Shown one piece after another: positions 25,792 to 38,135 of a stretch of 64,000 nucleotides of DNA; position 1 is the first letter of the stretch, and every line of letters begins with the position of its first letter. The position numbers and the translations under genes are program-made. The DNA comes from Vicugna vicugna (lineage: Eukaryota), in the NCBI GenBank assembly GCA_013265495.1, contig MU057989.1:1069513-1133512 (forward strand). Direction: 5' to 3'. Below the pieces are notes generated by a model. That model was not told where the DNA came from. It worked only from the letters and a program-made list of their open reading frames with translations, and did no database searches.

Positions 25792-26982
25792 GAGAGGGCA
25801 GGAGAACTGTGGTCCAGAAGCCACCAAGGACACACGTCCCAGAGTCCCAGAGAGAGGCCAAGCCGATGGGCTGTGCTGGGGAGGTTGAAAGGTCAGCTGA
25901 GCTACAGGGCAGAGAGGACATGAGGCAATTCAGCAGGACAGCCAGGGTGGGGCTGTGTTGAGAGGAAGCTCAGAAGACTTTGGAAGACTCATGGGTGCCA
26001 AAGCTGCCCTGGCAGAGGTGGCCCTGCTCAGAGCACAGGGGCTGACTCCCCTACTTCTGTCTGCTTTCACAGGTCAAACTAGGGCAGCTGCAGAAATGTA
26101 CTTGGGAGGAAGGAGGAACCTACCTCTCCTCCAGGACCCATGATGTCACGCACAAATGCAGACTCATCCCTGCCTGACGGCTTCAGGGCTCAAAGTCAGG
26201 AGGAGGCAGGAACGCTTGGGAGGCGGGTCTGCAAAGCTCTCTTTGGAATCTGGGTGTGGCCGCCCTACACGGGGATCTGGAAAGTGCCTGCTGTGAAGGA
26301 ACTTCCTGTGCATTTTTGAGGCTCCGGGTTTTGGAAAGTAGGGGCTGGCATGCGAAAACAGCCTCCTGCAGACAGAGGCTCCAAAAGGCGGAGCCCCGCT
26401 GGTGCTGGTGCCAGTGACATCGCCCCCACCAGACGACCTTGGTTACACGGGGCAGCTGACAGACCTTGTTGCCAGTTCACAAGAGAAAGGGGTGGCAAGG
26501 TGGAGGCATCTGGTTCCAGAGCTGTCTCTCTTCTTTAACAGGCTTCCCGCAGGGCACGGATGTCGTGCCTGCCCTTTCCCATGGCTGATTGCTATCATAT
26601 ACATTTGCATCCACTCTTTCTTCCAACTATGTAAGTGCCAAGATAGGACAAGGACAGAGCAGAAGTCACCCAGCTTGACGTTTTAGAATGCCAGGGCCAG
26701 CATTCTACAAGTTTCTACATGGAGGCCTAGCTATACAGAAAAAAAAAAAAATCCTCTACCTCCAAAATACCTAAAAAGAAATATTTTTTTTCCTGGTGAA
26801 AGAAACATAATTTACCATTTTAAGTGCACAGTTCGGTGACATTAAGCACATTCATATTATTGTGCAACCATCACCACCATCCACCTCCAGATCCCGCTCA
26901 TCTTCCCAGAATGAAATTCTGTCCCCATTAAACAATGACTACCAATTTCCTCCCTGACCCTAGTCCTTTGTAACCTCTGTTC

Positions 26983-27470
26983 TGTAGTAGGGAAGAGCAA
27001 ATCTGACTCCATCTTGGATCTGTTTCTTTTATTTTAAACTCTGTATTCTATTGCTTTTGCTACAAGTTAACCACTAAAGGGATGTTGCCTATAAGCTTCA
27101 GGTATACATAATAGTCCATCTCTGGGAACCCTGCCTCCCAGGAGATGACTGCTAAGCTAAAAGACCTTTGTTTAGGTCACAGGAAACATCCTGACCAGGC
27201 CTATCTGTGAATGACTGCCAGAAGGAAGAAATTAACACATCCCCTCCAGAGGCCGACCGAACCAGGCATGGTTTGCCTTTACTCCCTCTCATTGTAGTAT
27301 AAAGGAAGCCTGAATTCTAATTCAGGCAAGATGGTTCTTTGGACACTAGTCCACCGTCTTCTTGGACTTTTGGCTTTCCAAATAAAGTCACTATTCCTTG
27401 CCCCAACAACTCATCTCTCAATTTATTGGCCTGTCATGCAGGGAGCAGTATGAGATTGGACTTGGTAACA
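26983..27470 (+). mobile_element. ERV1-class solo LTR (~488 bp, possibly MER41-like) inserted into an antisense old L1 3' end (~26790-27770)
   Basis: TG...CA termini (tgtagtagggaagagc ... cttggtaaca), TATA-like gtataaa ~27297-27303, AATAAA 27381-27386; the L1 motif aacctctgttc / ttccactttctgtctct is split around it. Confidence 0.78.
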
Positions 27471-28011
27471 TTCCACTTTCTGTCTCTAGGAATTTGACTA
27501 TTTAAGGTGCCTCATCTAAGAAGAATCATACATTTTCCCTTTTTTGTCTGGCTTCTTTCACTTATTATGTATTCATGTCTTCAAGGCACATCCATGTTGT
27601 AGCATGCATCAACATTTAATTCCTTTTTAGGGCTGAATAATATTCCACTGTGTGTATAGACCACATCCATTCAACAATGTACATCTGGATGTTTTCACCT
27701 TTTCAGTATTGTGAATAATGATGCTATGAATACCAGTGTACAAGTATCTATTTTGAGTTTCTGCTTTTTCTTGACTTAGTTTTAGTGATTTTTTTCTAGA
27801 AAAAATTTTTTTCTGAATGTGAAAATTACTGATACAAGGTTTTTCATAGTCTCTTATTATAGTCTCTTTGTAATAATCTCTGTAATCTAGGTTGCATGTA
27901 TGGTTTTGCCCTCTTTCTAAATCTTTACATTATGTAATTGAGTCTTCTTCCTTCTGGATCAGCTTGTCAGAGATTTACCTAATGTATCATTACTCTTTCA
28001 AATAGCTAATC

Positions 28012-28390
28012 ATATTAGCTAGAATTGGGTTTGGCTCTGAGAAAACCTCCAAAGAGCAGTGATTTAACATGCTCTCACTGTGAAATATCCAGAAGGGGTT
28101 CAGTCAAGGGCTGGTCTGGCCATCCACAGTGTCAGACATCCAGGCTTCTCAGGTCTGTTTCTTTTTTATTGTCCAAGGACAGAAAAGTCACTGCCCAATA
28201 TCCAAAGGTCACCCTTTTTTCCAAGACAGTTTCTGAGGTTCCAGGCAGGAAAGGGGAGGAGGGAGAGAAGAAAGGTATGCACTCTCTCTTCCATCTCCTG
28301 AGGGTTGCACACACCACTCTGCTCACTTCTCTTTTGCCAGAACACAGTCATACGGCCAATCAACTCACAGAAGACTCAAGGAAATGCTTT
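28012..28390 (-). mobile_element. Old MaLR (MLT1J/K-like) LTR fragment
   Basis: Degenerate motifs (ttccaggcaggaaaggggagga, agaacacagtcatacggcc). Confidence 0.45.
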
Positions 28391-28505
28391 GTTGTTTTCT
28401 TCTCTCCAAAAACTTCCATGACATTGTTGTCATGCATTTTATATCCACATATGTTATCAACTCCATGATTCAAGGATCATTTTGATCTGAACAGTCACTT
28501 ATCTT

Positions 28506-29094
28506 CTTTTCAGTCTTTTTAAAAAAAACTTTTATCAAAATATAGTAGATGTACAATATTATAGAAATTATAGGTGTACAATATACTAATTCACAATTTT
28601 GGGGGGGGATTAGGTTTTTATCTATTTAAAGGGAGGTACTGGGGATTGAACCCAGGACCTTGTGCATGCTAACCACACACAATACCACTGAGATTTACCC
28701 TCCCCCGTAATTCACAATTATTAAAGGTTATACTCCATTTATGGTTATTATAAAATATTAGCTATATTCCCCATGTTGTACAATATATCATTGTACTTTA
28801 TTTTATACATAATAATTTGTACCTCCCACTCCTCACCCCTATATTGCCCCCCCTTCCCTCACCCCACTGGTAACCACTAGTTCTCTGTATCTGTGAATCT
28901 ATTTCTTTTTTGTTATATTCACTAGTTTGTTGTATTTTTTTCGATTCCACATATGAGCAATATCATACAGTGTATTTGTCTTTCTCTGTCTGACTTATTT
29001 CACTTAGCATAATACCCTCCAAGTCCATCTATGTTGCCGCAAATGGCAAAATTTCCTTCTCTTTTATGGCTGAGTAATATTCTGCTGTATATGT
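28506..29094 (-). mobile_element. Younger L1 3' end with 16-bp TSD, inserted in an older L1 body (~27780-30620)
   Basis: TSD aacagtcacttatctt (28490-28505) / aacagtcaattatctt (29095-29110); L1 3'UTR antisense motifs. Confidence 0.82.
28599..28707 (-). mobile_element. vic-1-like SINE nested in L1
   Basis: gaggtactggggattgaacccaggacc...ccctccccc; exact TSD taattcacaatt (28587-28598 / 28708-28719). Confidence 0.88.
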
Positions 29095-30682
29095 AACAGT
29101 CAATTATCTTTTAGAGAAATTTTTTTAATGAGAAAAGCTCTTCTATTGCCCTCCTCCAGTGGTCTTCATTCCTATGCGTACATTTTCCATTTTCCAACTG
29201 GTTTCATTTCCTTCTGCCTGAAAAACATTCTCTAACATTTCTCACAGCGTGTATCTGTAGGAAACAAATTCTCTCAGCTTTGGTGTATTCAAAAATGTTT
29301 TTTCAAAGAATATTTTCACTAGATATAGAATTCTAGATTGATAGTTTTTTTTTTCTCTTAGTACTTTAAAGACGTTGTTCTGATATGTTCTGGCTTGCAT
29401 TTCTTCTGACAAGAAATCTATAGCAAAATTCTAACCTTTGTTCTTCTATATTTAATGTATCTTCTTTTCTCTGAAATTTTTGAAGACTTTTCTCATTATC
29501 ACTGGTTTTTTCACAGCCTGGTTATGTGTCTTGTTTTGGATTTCTTTATTTTTATTCTTCTTGGGATTCTTTGAATGTCTGGGATCTGTGGATTTATAGT
29601 TTTCATCAAATGTGAAAAAACTTCGGCTATTATCTCTTCCAATACATTTCTTTCCTGACCTTTCTTTTTCTGGGACTTTAATTACACACAGTCCCACATA
29701 CATGTACTGTCTGATATTGTCTCACACATCAGAGAGGACCTGGCAGGGTTTTTTCCTTTTTCTTTCTGTGCTGTAGTGTGGATAGTATCCGTGACTATGT
29801 TCACGAGTTCACTGATCTGTTCCTCTGCAAAGTCTCATCTGGTATCAACCCCATCTGGTGAAATTTCCATTTCACATACTGAACTTGTCTATTTGGGTAT
29901 TTTTTATATCTAACACTTCTCTCCTCATTCCTTACATGATTTCCTTTAAGCCTTTGAGCATATTTACAGTAGGTGATTTAAAGTCCTTGTCTTTTCATCA
30001 CATCATCTCTGTTGTTTCTGAGTCTGTTTCTATTGACTGACTTTGCTCTAGATTATGGATCACATTTGACTGCCTGCTCTCATGTCCAGTAATTTTTTAA
30101 TTGGATGCTGGACTTTGTAAATTTTATATCATTGAGTCAGGTTTTCTGGCTTTCTTTTCAAGACTATTAGACTTTGTTCTAACAGGTTACTCGCAGCTTA
30201 GGTTAATTCTCTCAAGGTATGTTTTTAAGCTTTGTTTGGACAAGTCTTTAATCTCCTTTACTCAAGAAATAGTTTTACCCAGAAGACTGACCCTTCTGGG
30301 ATCTCAGTGAATGCCCTATGTATTCAGTAAGCACTTTCCACTGTAGCTGGTTGGAACTTGAATATTTCCCAGGGCTGTTTGAACTGAGGAATTGTTCAGT
30401 TTACAGTTCTCCAGGTGTCCTTTGACCAGCCTCATAGAATTTTGCCGTATGGATATGTAGCTTAGTATTCAGTAACAGTATCCAGGTTCTTGGAACTCTT
30501 TCTTTGCATAGGAACCTCCTGTCTGGAGCTCTGCTCTGCGAATTCCAACTGCTTCAGCCTCTCCAAATGCCAATGTTTGTCTCCTCAACTCAGCAACATT
30601 GCCATGCTCTGATTACATTCCCTCTAAGGCCCAGCTTGAGTCCTGAAAGATGCAAGGTTGGCTTAGTATTAGAAAATAAATT

Positions 30683-30820
30683 GCGGGGAGGGTATAGTTC
30701 AAGTGGTAGAGCTCATGCTTAGCATACATGAAGTCCTGGGTTCAATCCTTGGTACCTCCCCTAAAACTAAATAAGTAAACCTAATTACCCCCTACACAAA
30801 AACAAAAACAAAAACAAAAA
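30683..30820 (+). mobile_element. vic-1-like SINE
   Basis: ggggagggtatagttcaagtggtagag...gggttcaatcc with (caaaaa)n tail; TSD agaaaataaatt / agaaaatacact. Confidence 0.88.
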
Positions 30821-31071
30821 AGAAAATACACTCATGTAATTAACCACATTGCTTATTAAGGGAGAAGATACATAATCTCAGCAGACAGATAAAGGAAAAC
30901 CATTCAATAAAATTCAATAACTATCAATGTATTTTTTAAGCTTTCAGCAAACTAGAAATAGAAACTTCCTTAACCTAAAAAAAAGTACCTACCAAAAAAA
31001 AAAAACCTACAGCAAACCTAATATGCAACAGTATAATGCTAAAAGTTGTCTCTTGAAAATCAGGAAGAACA

Positions 31072-31888
31072 GCAAGGCACTACTGTAGAGCACTGGGAAC
31101 TGTATTTAATATCTTGTGATGACCTATATTTTAAAAGAATAGGAAAAGGAATATATATATATATGTATAACTGAATCACTGTGCTGTACAACAGAAATCA
31201 CCACAACATTGTAAATCAACTATACTTCAATTTAAAAAAAAGAAAATCAGCAGCACTATTTACAATAGCCAAGACATGGAAACAACCTAACTGTCCATCA
31301 ACAGATGACTGGATAAAGAAGATGTGGTATATTTACACAATGGAATACTATTCAGCCACAAAAATGACAACATAATGCATTTACAGCAACATGGATGTCC
31401 CTGGAGAACGTCATTCTAAGTGAATTAAGTCAGAAAGAGAAAGAAAGATACCATATGATATCACTCATATGTGGAATCTAAAGAAAAAAGAAGAAGAAGA
31501 CGACAAATGAACTTAAATATAGAACAAAAACAGACTCACAGACATAGAACACAAACTTGTGTTTGCCAGGGAGGAGAGGGGTGGGAAGGGACAGACTGGG
31601 AGTTTGAGATTGGTAGATACTGAGAGGTATATATAGCATAGATAAACAAGTTTATACTCCATAGCACAGGAAAATATATTAAAGATCTTGTGGTAGCTCA
31701 TGGTGAAAAAGAATATGAAAATGAATATGTATATGTTCATATATGACTGAAAAATTGTGCTGTACACCAGAAGTGGACACAGCATTGTAAACTGACTACA
31801 ATGCAATAAAAATAATTAATTGATTTAAAAAAGAAAATCAGAAAAATAAATAAATAATATAAAAATAAATAATAAAAAATTTTAAAAA
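31072..31888 (+). mobile_element. Two stacked L1 3' ends (31072-31240 and 31251-~31830) plus an extra A-rich tract, within an old L1 ORF2 fragment
   Basis: Two L1 3' termini, each with an A-tail; ORF2 peptide [36 protein letters not shown]; outer TSD gaaaatcaggaagaaca / gaaaatcagggagaaca. Confidence 0.85.
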
Positions 31889-32019
31889 GAAAATCAGGGA
31901 GAACAAAAATAACAGCTTTCTCTGATTCTATTCTGCATTATTCAGGATGTTCCAGTCAGTGTAACAACGCAACTAGAAAAATAAAATCTGTGCGGTTGAA
32001 AAGGATGAATAATGCTGGT

Positions 32020-32980
32020 CAGTCACTTATTCACAAATGTGTACTCAGCACCTACTATGTGCCAGGCAGTGTTGTAGATACTGGTGTCATAATAGTGGGA
32101 AAAAAGAGGCAAAATCCCTACTCTTATGGACCAGATATTCAAGTCACAGGTGGGGAGAAGTCAGACAATGAACAAAATAAAGAAAGAAAATTGTGTAGCC
32201 TTCTCAAAGGAGAAGAGAAGTCCTATGGAGAAAAATGAAAAATCAAGCCGGAAGTGGGATGGCAGGGCCACGAGCTGGGCAAGCTCAGGCAACACCACTG
32301 GCTTCCTAATCGGTGGGAATGGCAACCCTGAGATCTCACAGAAGGAGTGAGAGGAGAGGGATTGCAAGATTGCTGCAAGTTTTAAATGGAGTGTTCAGGG
32401 CAGGGCTCGCTGAGGAGGAAATGTTTGGGCAAATATTTGAAGGATGTAACAGAGTGAATCATGTGGATATGTGGGGACCAATGTCCCAGGCAGAGCCCGT
32501 CTGTGTGTTCCAGGAGGAGAAAGGAGGCCAGCACGGCCTAAATGGAGTAAGCCGGGGGAGGGTCACAGGAGGCGAACTCAGAGAGGCCACAGGGGTCGTA
32601 AGTCACCGTCAGGACGTGGGGAGCAGGACGAGGATCTGAGAGCTCTGACAAGAATAGGGAGGGGTTATGTGGCTTGTCTTATATTTTCAAAAAGGGTCCC
32701 CCTACTCTCTGTGTTGGGCACAGATTAGAAGCAAGTCAGGGCAGAAGCAGGAAACCGGCGTATTTCAATGGCCCAAGTGTGACATGACAGTGGCCTGGCC
32801 TCACACAGGACCTGCGGAGGTGGTTAAAATAGGTGAGATTATATATATATTCTCAAAGTACAGCCAACAGCACATGCTCATGGATCCGAGAGGGAATGTG
32901 AAAGAGGAGTCAAGGTGACTCCAAGGTTATTAGCCTGAGCAACTGATGGGAGGATGGAGAAGACATTGCTGAAAAGGGGG
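32020..32980 (-). mobile_element. L2 LINE fragment
   Basis: ttattcacaaatgtgtactcagcacctactatgtgccaggc and gaggagtcaaggtgactccaaggtt..gcctgagcaactg are L2-like motifs. Confidence 0.6.
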
Positions 32981-33073
32981 CTCAACCCTGGTTGCTGCCA
33001 CTGTTCCCATGAAGCTGAGTGGCTACGAACACTTAAAAACTCTCTGTCTTCATCCACATCCAGTGGTGATCTG

Positions 33074-33111
33074 CCAGCTACACCAGCCACACCAGCCACA
33101 CCAGCCACACC
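33074..33111. repeat. 9-bp tandem repeat (ccagccaca x4)
   Basis: Directly visible. Confidence 0.9.
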
Positions 33112-35384
33112 GCATCGTGTAATTGACTCGCCAGGGCTGACCCTTGATTTGCGTTATCAGAAGCTGACTGGCACCCGGCAGGCAGCCTGCTGGCCGATGT
33201 CAGCAGCAAATGCCATTTGCATTTCAGACCACTAGTAAGAGTGGTAGAGAAGTGATTACCACATGAGGTTTCCTTGATGAAAGCAGATGTAAATGCAGGT
33301 TTTCTTCCCCTAATTTGCAACCCTATTTTGACAGTTTATTTTTTTAAAAGATCATCTTTAATCATAGAATAACCACGGAATACATAAGACACTTTTAAAT
33401 TGTTTATCTGATTGTGGTGTCAAAAGTCCAGTGAGCAATTTGTTTAGTTGGCTTGACTCCCAGAGTCAGTGAAGGTTTCGTTGAGCACCTACTCTGTGCC
33501 TTAATAGTCTGAACCCAGTTAAGGTGGGTGATGGATAATTCTGCTCACTGTGTGCTTATCAACATTTTCTTGCTTAACAGAGCACCCAAATATCATACTT
33601 TTATATTTAAATGATTATAGTGCTGCCATCCATTGTGATCATCTGTTCGCCATGGTTGGAGCCTTCGGCTCTGCTGGGCTATAAATCACTCAGGGATTTT
33701 ACTCAAAGACTCATGACCCAGGCACCAAGGTCAGAGCTCTGAGCCACGTTCATCATGATACACACAGGATTTAAGAAAATGAATTGAGTTGGGGCTTTTT
33801 TTGTTTTAAACTCTATTTAATTCTGCCAACACCAACCGAAAACTCACGTGGACCTGGGTTTTCTCTCCTTTTACCATGTGATCAGTCTGGGTTGTCAAGA
33901 AACATCCACACCTCTGCTACCTGTGTTCAAGGAGAGGAAGACAATACTGGAGAGAAAGTCTGATTTAGTCTAAAAAAACTCCGATTGAGGTGGCTGACAC
34001 CCGTCTGGAAGCAAGGCCTGAGGACACACACACACAAGGACTGAAATCAAGTGGTAGAAAAAAGCCAGGCAGCCCACCTCCACACGTGCTACTTATTCCC
34101 AAAGGGTTGGCTCATCCCCTCGGAGTCCCAGACACATTCCCAGCCCTGTGAGGGAAAAGGCCCTCCAAAGCTCGGCCTATGTAAAATTCAAGCATATGAA
34201 GTTGAATCTGTACCGTTTCTTTCTGTGTGTGTGTCTCCCTCCATGAATGGGCCGCTCCTGGACCACATCCAGCCAGTGGGCTCTGCAAGACAGGATGCCA
34301 GACCTGATATAAGATCTCAGCTCTGGAAGTTGCCAAGTGGGGCCTTGGGCAAGTCATTATTTACCTCTCTGGGTCTCAAATTTCTCTCCTGTGAAATGAG
34401 GATATTCTAACCCCCGCCTTACTCATCTCATAGAGTTTTGTGAGACCCAAATGAGAAAAATGATTGAGAAAGTGCTTTGCAGACAGTAATGAAAATAGGC
34501 TGGGGAAATGTACTGTGTTATTATTAGTCTCAGCTCTGCCCTGACAGTGTCACCTTGGGCAAGTTACTAAGTTCCTTAAGTAGAAGTCTCCTCATCTGTA
34601 AAGCAGAGAAAGGATTATCTACCTCAGATGATTAAAATAGGGATTAAATAAGATAATTAATATAAAGCAGACACTATTGGTTGGCTTTCCCTAGCCCTAG
34701 CTTCTCCTCTAAAATAAAAAGTAAGAACTTGTTAAGAGAAAGCTCTTCAAACTTTCACTCTTCCTCCCCTCTCCTTCCTGCCTGGAACGTAAGTCTGAGG
34801 CCTGGAGGTGCAGCAGCCATCTTGCAACCATGAGACAAGAGGCTGGAGAATGAGGGTCTCTACTAAGGATAGAGAAACAGAAAAATGGAAAGAGCCTGGT
34901 TTCCTGATGACCATTGATACCAACCCTGGAGTGTCTCCCCATGAGCTTTTTGCTTCATAGGGAAAAACAATCCCTTGTTGGCATCAGAATCTAAAGTAGG
35001 CTTTTCTGTTGCTTGCATCCATATGCATTCAAAGTAAATACACTGTCTTAATGTATGTTAACTCTGATTCCTAGAGAAAACAGCCATGAGATATGGCCCT
35101 GGCATGTGGCAAGATTGCTGAAGTGAAATTAAAGTTCAAGGAGTGAATGAAAAATGTCCATCATGGGAACTATGAGCAATTTGAGAATCTTCATGTGTTT
35201 CTTGGGTGAGGAAAATGACAGTGTTATTGTTATAAAGCAATGAAGGTTATCAGTCAAATTGTTCATCGCTGGAAAAGACCCCTTGGCAAATACTTCCCTT
35301 AAAAGTAAATAGATGTAACAAAAGAAGTATAAGACTTGTAACATGACAATTACAAAATTTATAAACCAGAAAGTAGATTAGTGG

Positions 35385-35525
35385 AAAAAGAATCTAAAAA
35401 AGAATATATAGAGAGAGAGATACATAGATATAGATATATATCTGGATCACTTTGCTGTACACCTGAAACTAACACAATATTGTAAACAAACTACACTTCA
35501 ATTTTTAAAAATTTTAAAAAGAGAT
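35385..35525 (+). mobile_element. Short younger L1 3' end inserted in an older L1 3' end (to ~35730)
   Basis: Exact 14-bp TSD aagtagattagtgg (35371-35384 / 35526-35539). Confidence 0.85.
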
Positions 35526-37794
35526 AAGTAGATTAGTGGTTGCCAGGCCAGGGACTGGGATGGGGTGAGGAGTTAAAGCAAAGGAGTGGGGGATTTCTCT
35601 TCGAGGTGATGAAAATGTTCTGGAATTAGATAATGCAGATGATTTTACAACATTGTGAATATACCAAAAACCAACAAACTTTACACTTTACAAGGATGGA
35701 TTGCATGGAATGTGAATTATATGTCAATAACAAAAGAGTAAATGAAGAGGGGGAAAAAAAAGTAAATGGACTAACTAGTTAATCAGAGCCTTTTTCAAGT
35801 TTCCATGTAAGTCCACTAAATTGACCTCTTAGCCCAAAGAGGTCAAACATCCATGGAAATTTCCACCAACAATAACTTGATAATCTTGTCTTATCACCTC
35901 CTCTTTGGCAGCATTCCAAGCATCTTCCTTTGGTGTTTATGTTGACATGGCTCATAAAGCAACGAAAAAAAAAATGCCTTTTGTAGCCACACAGCTTATG
36001 ATACCAAAGTAGCGAAAATAGCCTTAGACCCTTCCACTGATTTGCAGTGTCAATCCTCTTTCAGTTAATCCTGATTCAATATCTGTGATTTACATCAGTA
36101 TCTGTGACAGGGGCACAGTCCTAAGAATAATACTGTGGCCTGTTGTCTATACTCATAATTGAAGGAAATGCTAAATATCCATTAGGAGTTAATAAAAATA
36201 AAGACGTAATGTTTTCTGATCCAAAACAAAGCCCATAAAGATGGATATAAAGTACTCTGCTCCTGGTATACAGTAGGTGCTCAGTAAGTGCTAGCTATTA
36301 TAATTATTAGTGGACTGCCAGTGAATTCAAAGACCTCCATTACTCTTTCTGCATTGCCTTCCTCTCCCTCCTCCCAAGGTTCCGTATTTGGCCACCCTGC
36401 TCAGCCTTCCCATAGTCCTGACAGGTGACTATCTTAGATCTGAGAAACCAACTCAAGCTGAGTTATCAATGGCTGATCACGTCCCTTCCCTTTCCCTCCC
36501 TCCGCCATCTGTTCTTGGGTTCTGTCACATCTAAGTCATCGATCCTGGCCACCCATGTGTGTGATGCACATCTTTCATGGATGAAAATGACCCTATAGCC
36601 TCCCCAACCATTTCTCCAGGAAGTAGGAGGGATGGGTTTGGGCTAAGACAGTGCAGTCTCCATGGCAACAAAGCAAACCAGCTCATTCAAGGAACTGGAC
36701 TTCTGACCTGGACCCCAACACAGTAACCAGTGAAAGAGTTGGCCTTGGGCTCTCACAGCCTCAACACTCACCCTCACTGACACCCCAGGCTCCACCTGCA
36801 TCCTCCACCCCAGGTCCCACACTCCCAGCCCCACTCTGACGAAGAACCTGGGTTGGGGAGCTGTAGGGCGCCAGACACACCCAGGATGTTCTCACCACCC
36901 CCCAGAGCCAAAAATGCCCTGGTTGAAAAACGACAAGTGAAACCTATAAATAGTCAGGGCCTGTTTCCAGACCTTCGGAGTTCTCCCACCCAGACCCATT
37001 TGTTGTGCATGTGTGTACTGACATGGACAACATCTGTAAAGATCTGTAGGTAATACAGGTAGAGCTCAGTTAAACACTGTCAACACATTTTCTCATTTGA
37101 TCCTGTCAACCTGGGCGGAAGTATTCTATTGATGAGAAAACTGAGATTCACAGAGGTTTTTTTTTTTTTAAACTTCACCAAGGTCATCCGCTGATGGGAG
37201 ACTGAGTTGAGGCTGGTACCAGATTTGAAGACTCACCAGCAGTGAGAGCCCCACCTGAGCCCCACCAGGCTCCCCTCCAACACCATCTCTCAGACTCACC
37301 AGACAACATTACATTTCTGCATCTATGTCCGGGGCTGGCCCCCTTGGGCACTGCGCCCGTTCCCTCCTTCTGAAACACTTCTTCCACAGCAGAATCCAGC
37401 CAAATCACTGCCTCCCCACTGAAACCTGCCTCAGACACCAGGGGGAACTGATCAGCTCTTCCTTGGGCTCCTCGACTGGAGCGCAAGCTTCACCCATGGA
37501 ACCAGCGGTTCATGGGCCGGGTCTTCATCTTCATCCTCAGAATCTGGGTGTGGAAGAGTAAGCCTGGGACTGAATCTCTGAATCAAGCTTTAGCCCGGGG
37601 GCTCAGGTAGAGCCAGTGGGAGAGGGAGTGTTGGCTGAATAAGCAAGCAAATCCATCAATAGTTTCAATCCATATTTTCAGTTCACAAATGTTAATTTAC
37701 AGTATCATGACTATACAACCATTTAAAAAATCAGGACACTGATTACACTAAGCACACACATAAATTTTCTTCTTTTTTTCTGTTCTTTTTTCTT

Positions 37795-38135
37795 TTTTTA
37801 CTGTGCTGAAATATGCATAACAAAAATGTACCATTTTCATAATTTTTAAGTGCACAGCTCAGTAGCATTAATCATGGTCTCATTGTTGTATGACCATCAC
37901 CACCACCATCTCCAGAACTTTTTCATCTTTCCCAATCGAAACTCTGCACGTATTAAACAACTCCCCATTTTCTCTTCTCCCAGACCCTGGCGACCACCAT
38001 TCTACTTGCTGTCTCTATGAATTTGACCATTATATGTACCTCACATAAGTGAATTATACGATATTTGTCTTTTTGTATCTGGCTTATTTCACTTAGTATC
38101 ATGACCTCAAGATTCATCCATGTTGTATGCCAGAA
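37795..38135 (-). mobile_element. Old L1 (L1MB-like) 3' end
   Basis: ttttaagtgcacagctcagtagcatta...ccatctccagaactttttcatc...ctggcttatttcacttag. Confidence 0.75.

Noticed and set aside
33074..33111. CRISPR-like or coding repeat array
   Set aside because: Simple 9-bp head-to-tail repeat without spacers, in mammalian DNA
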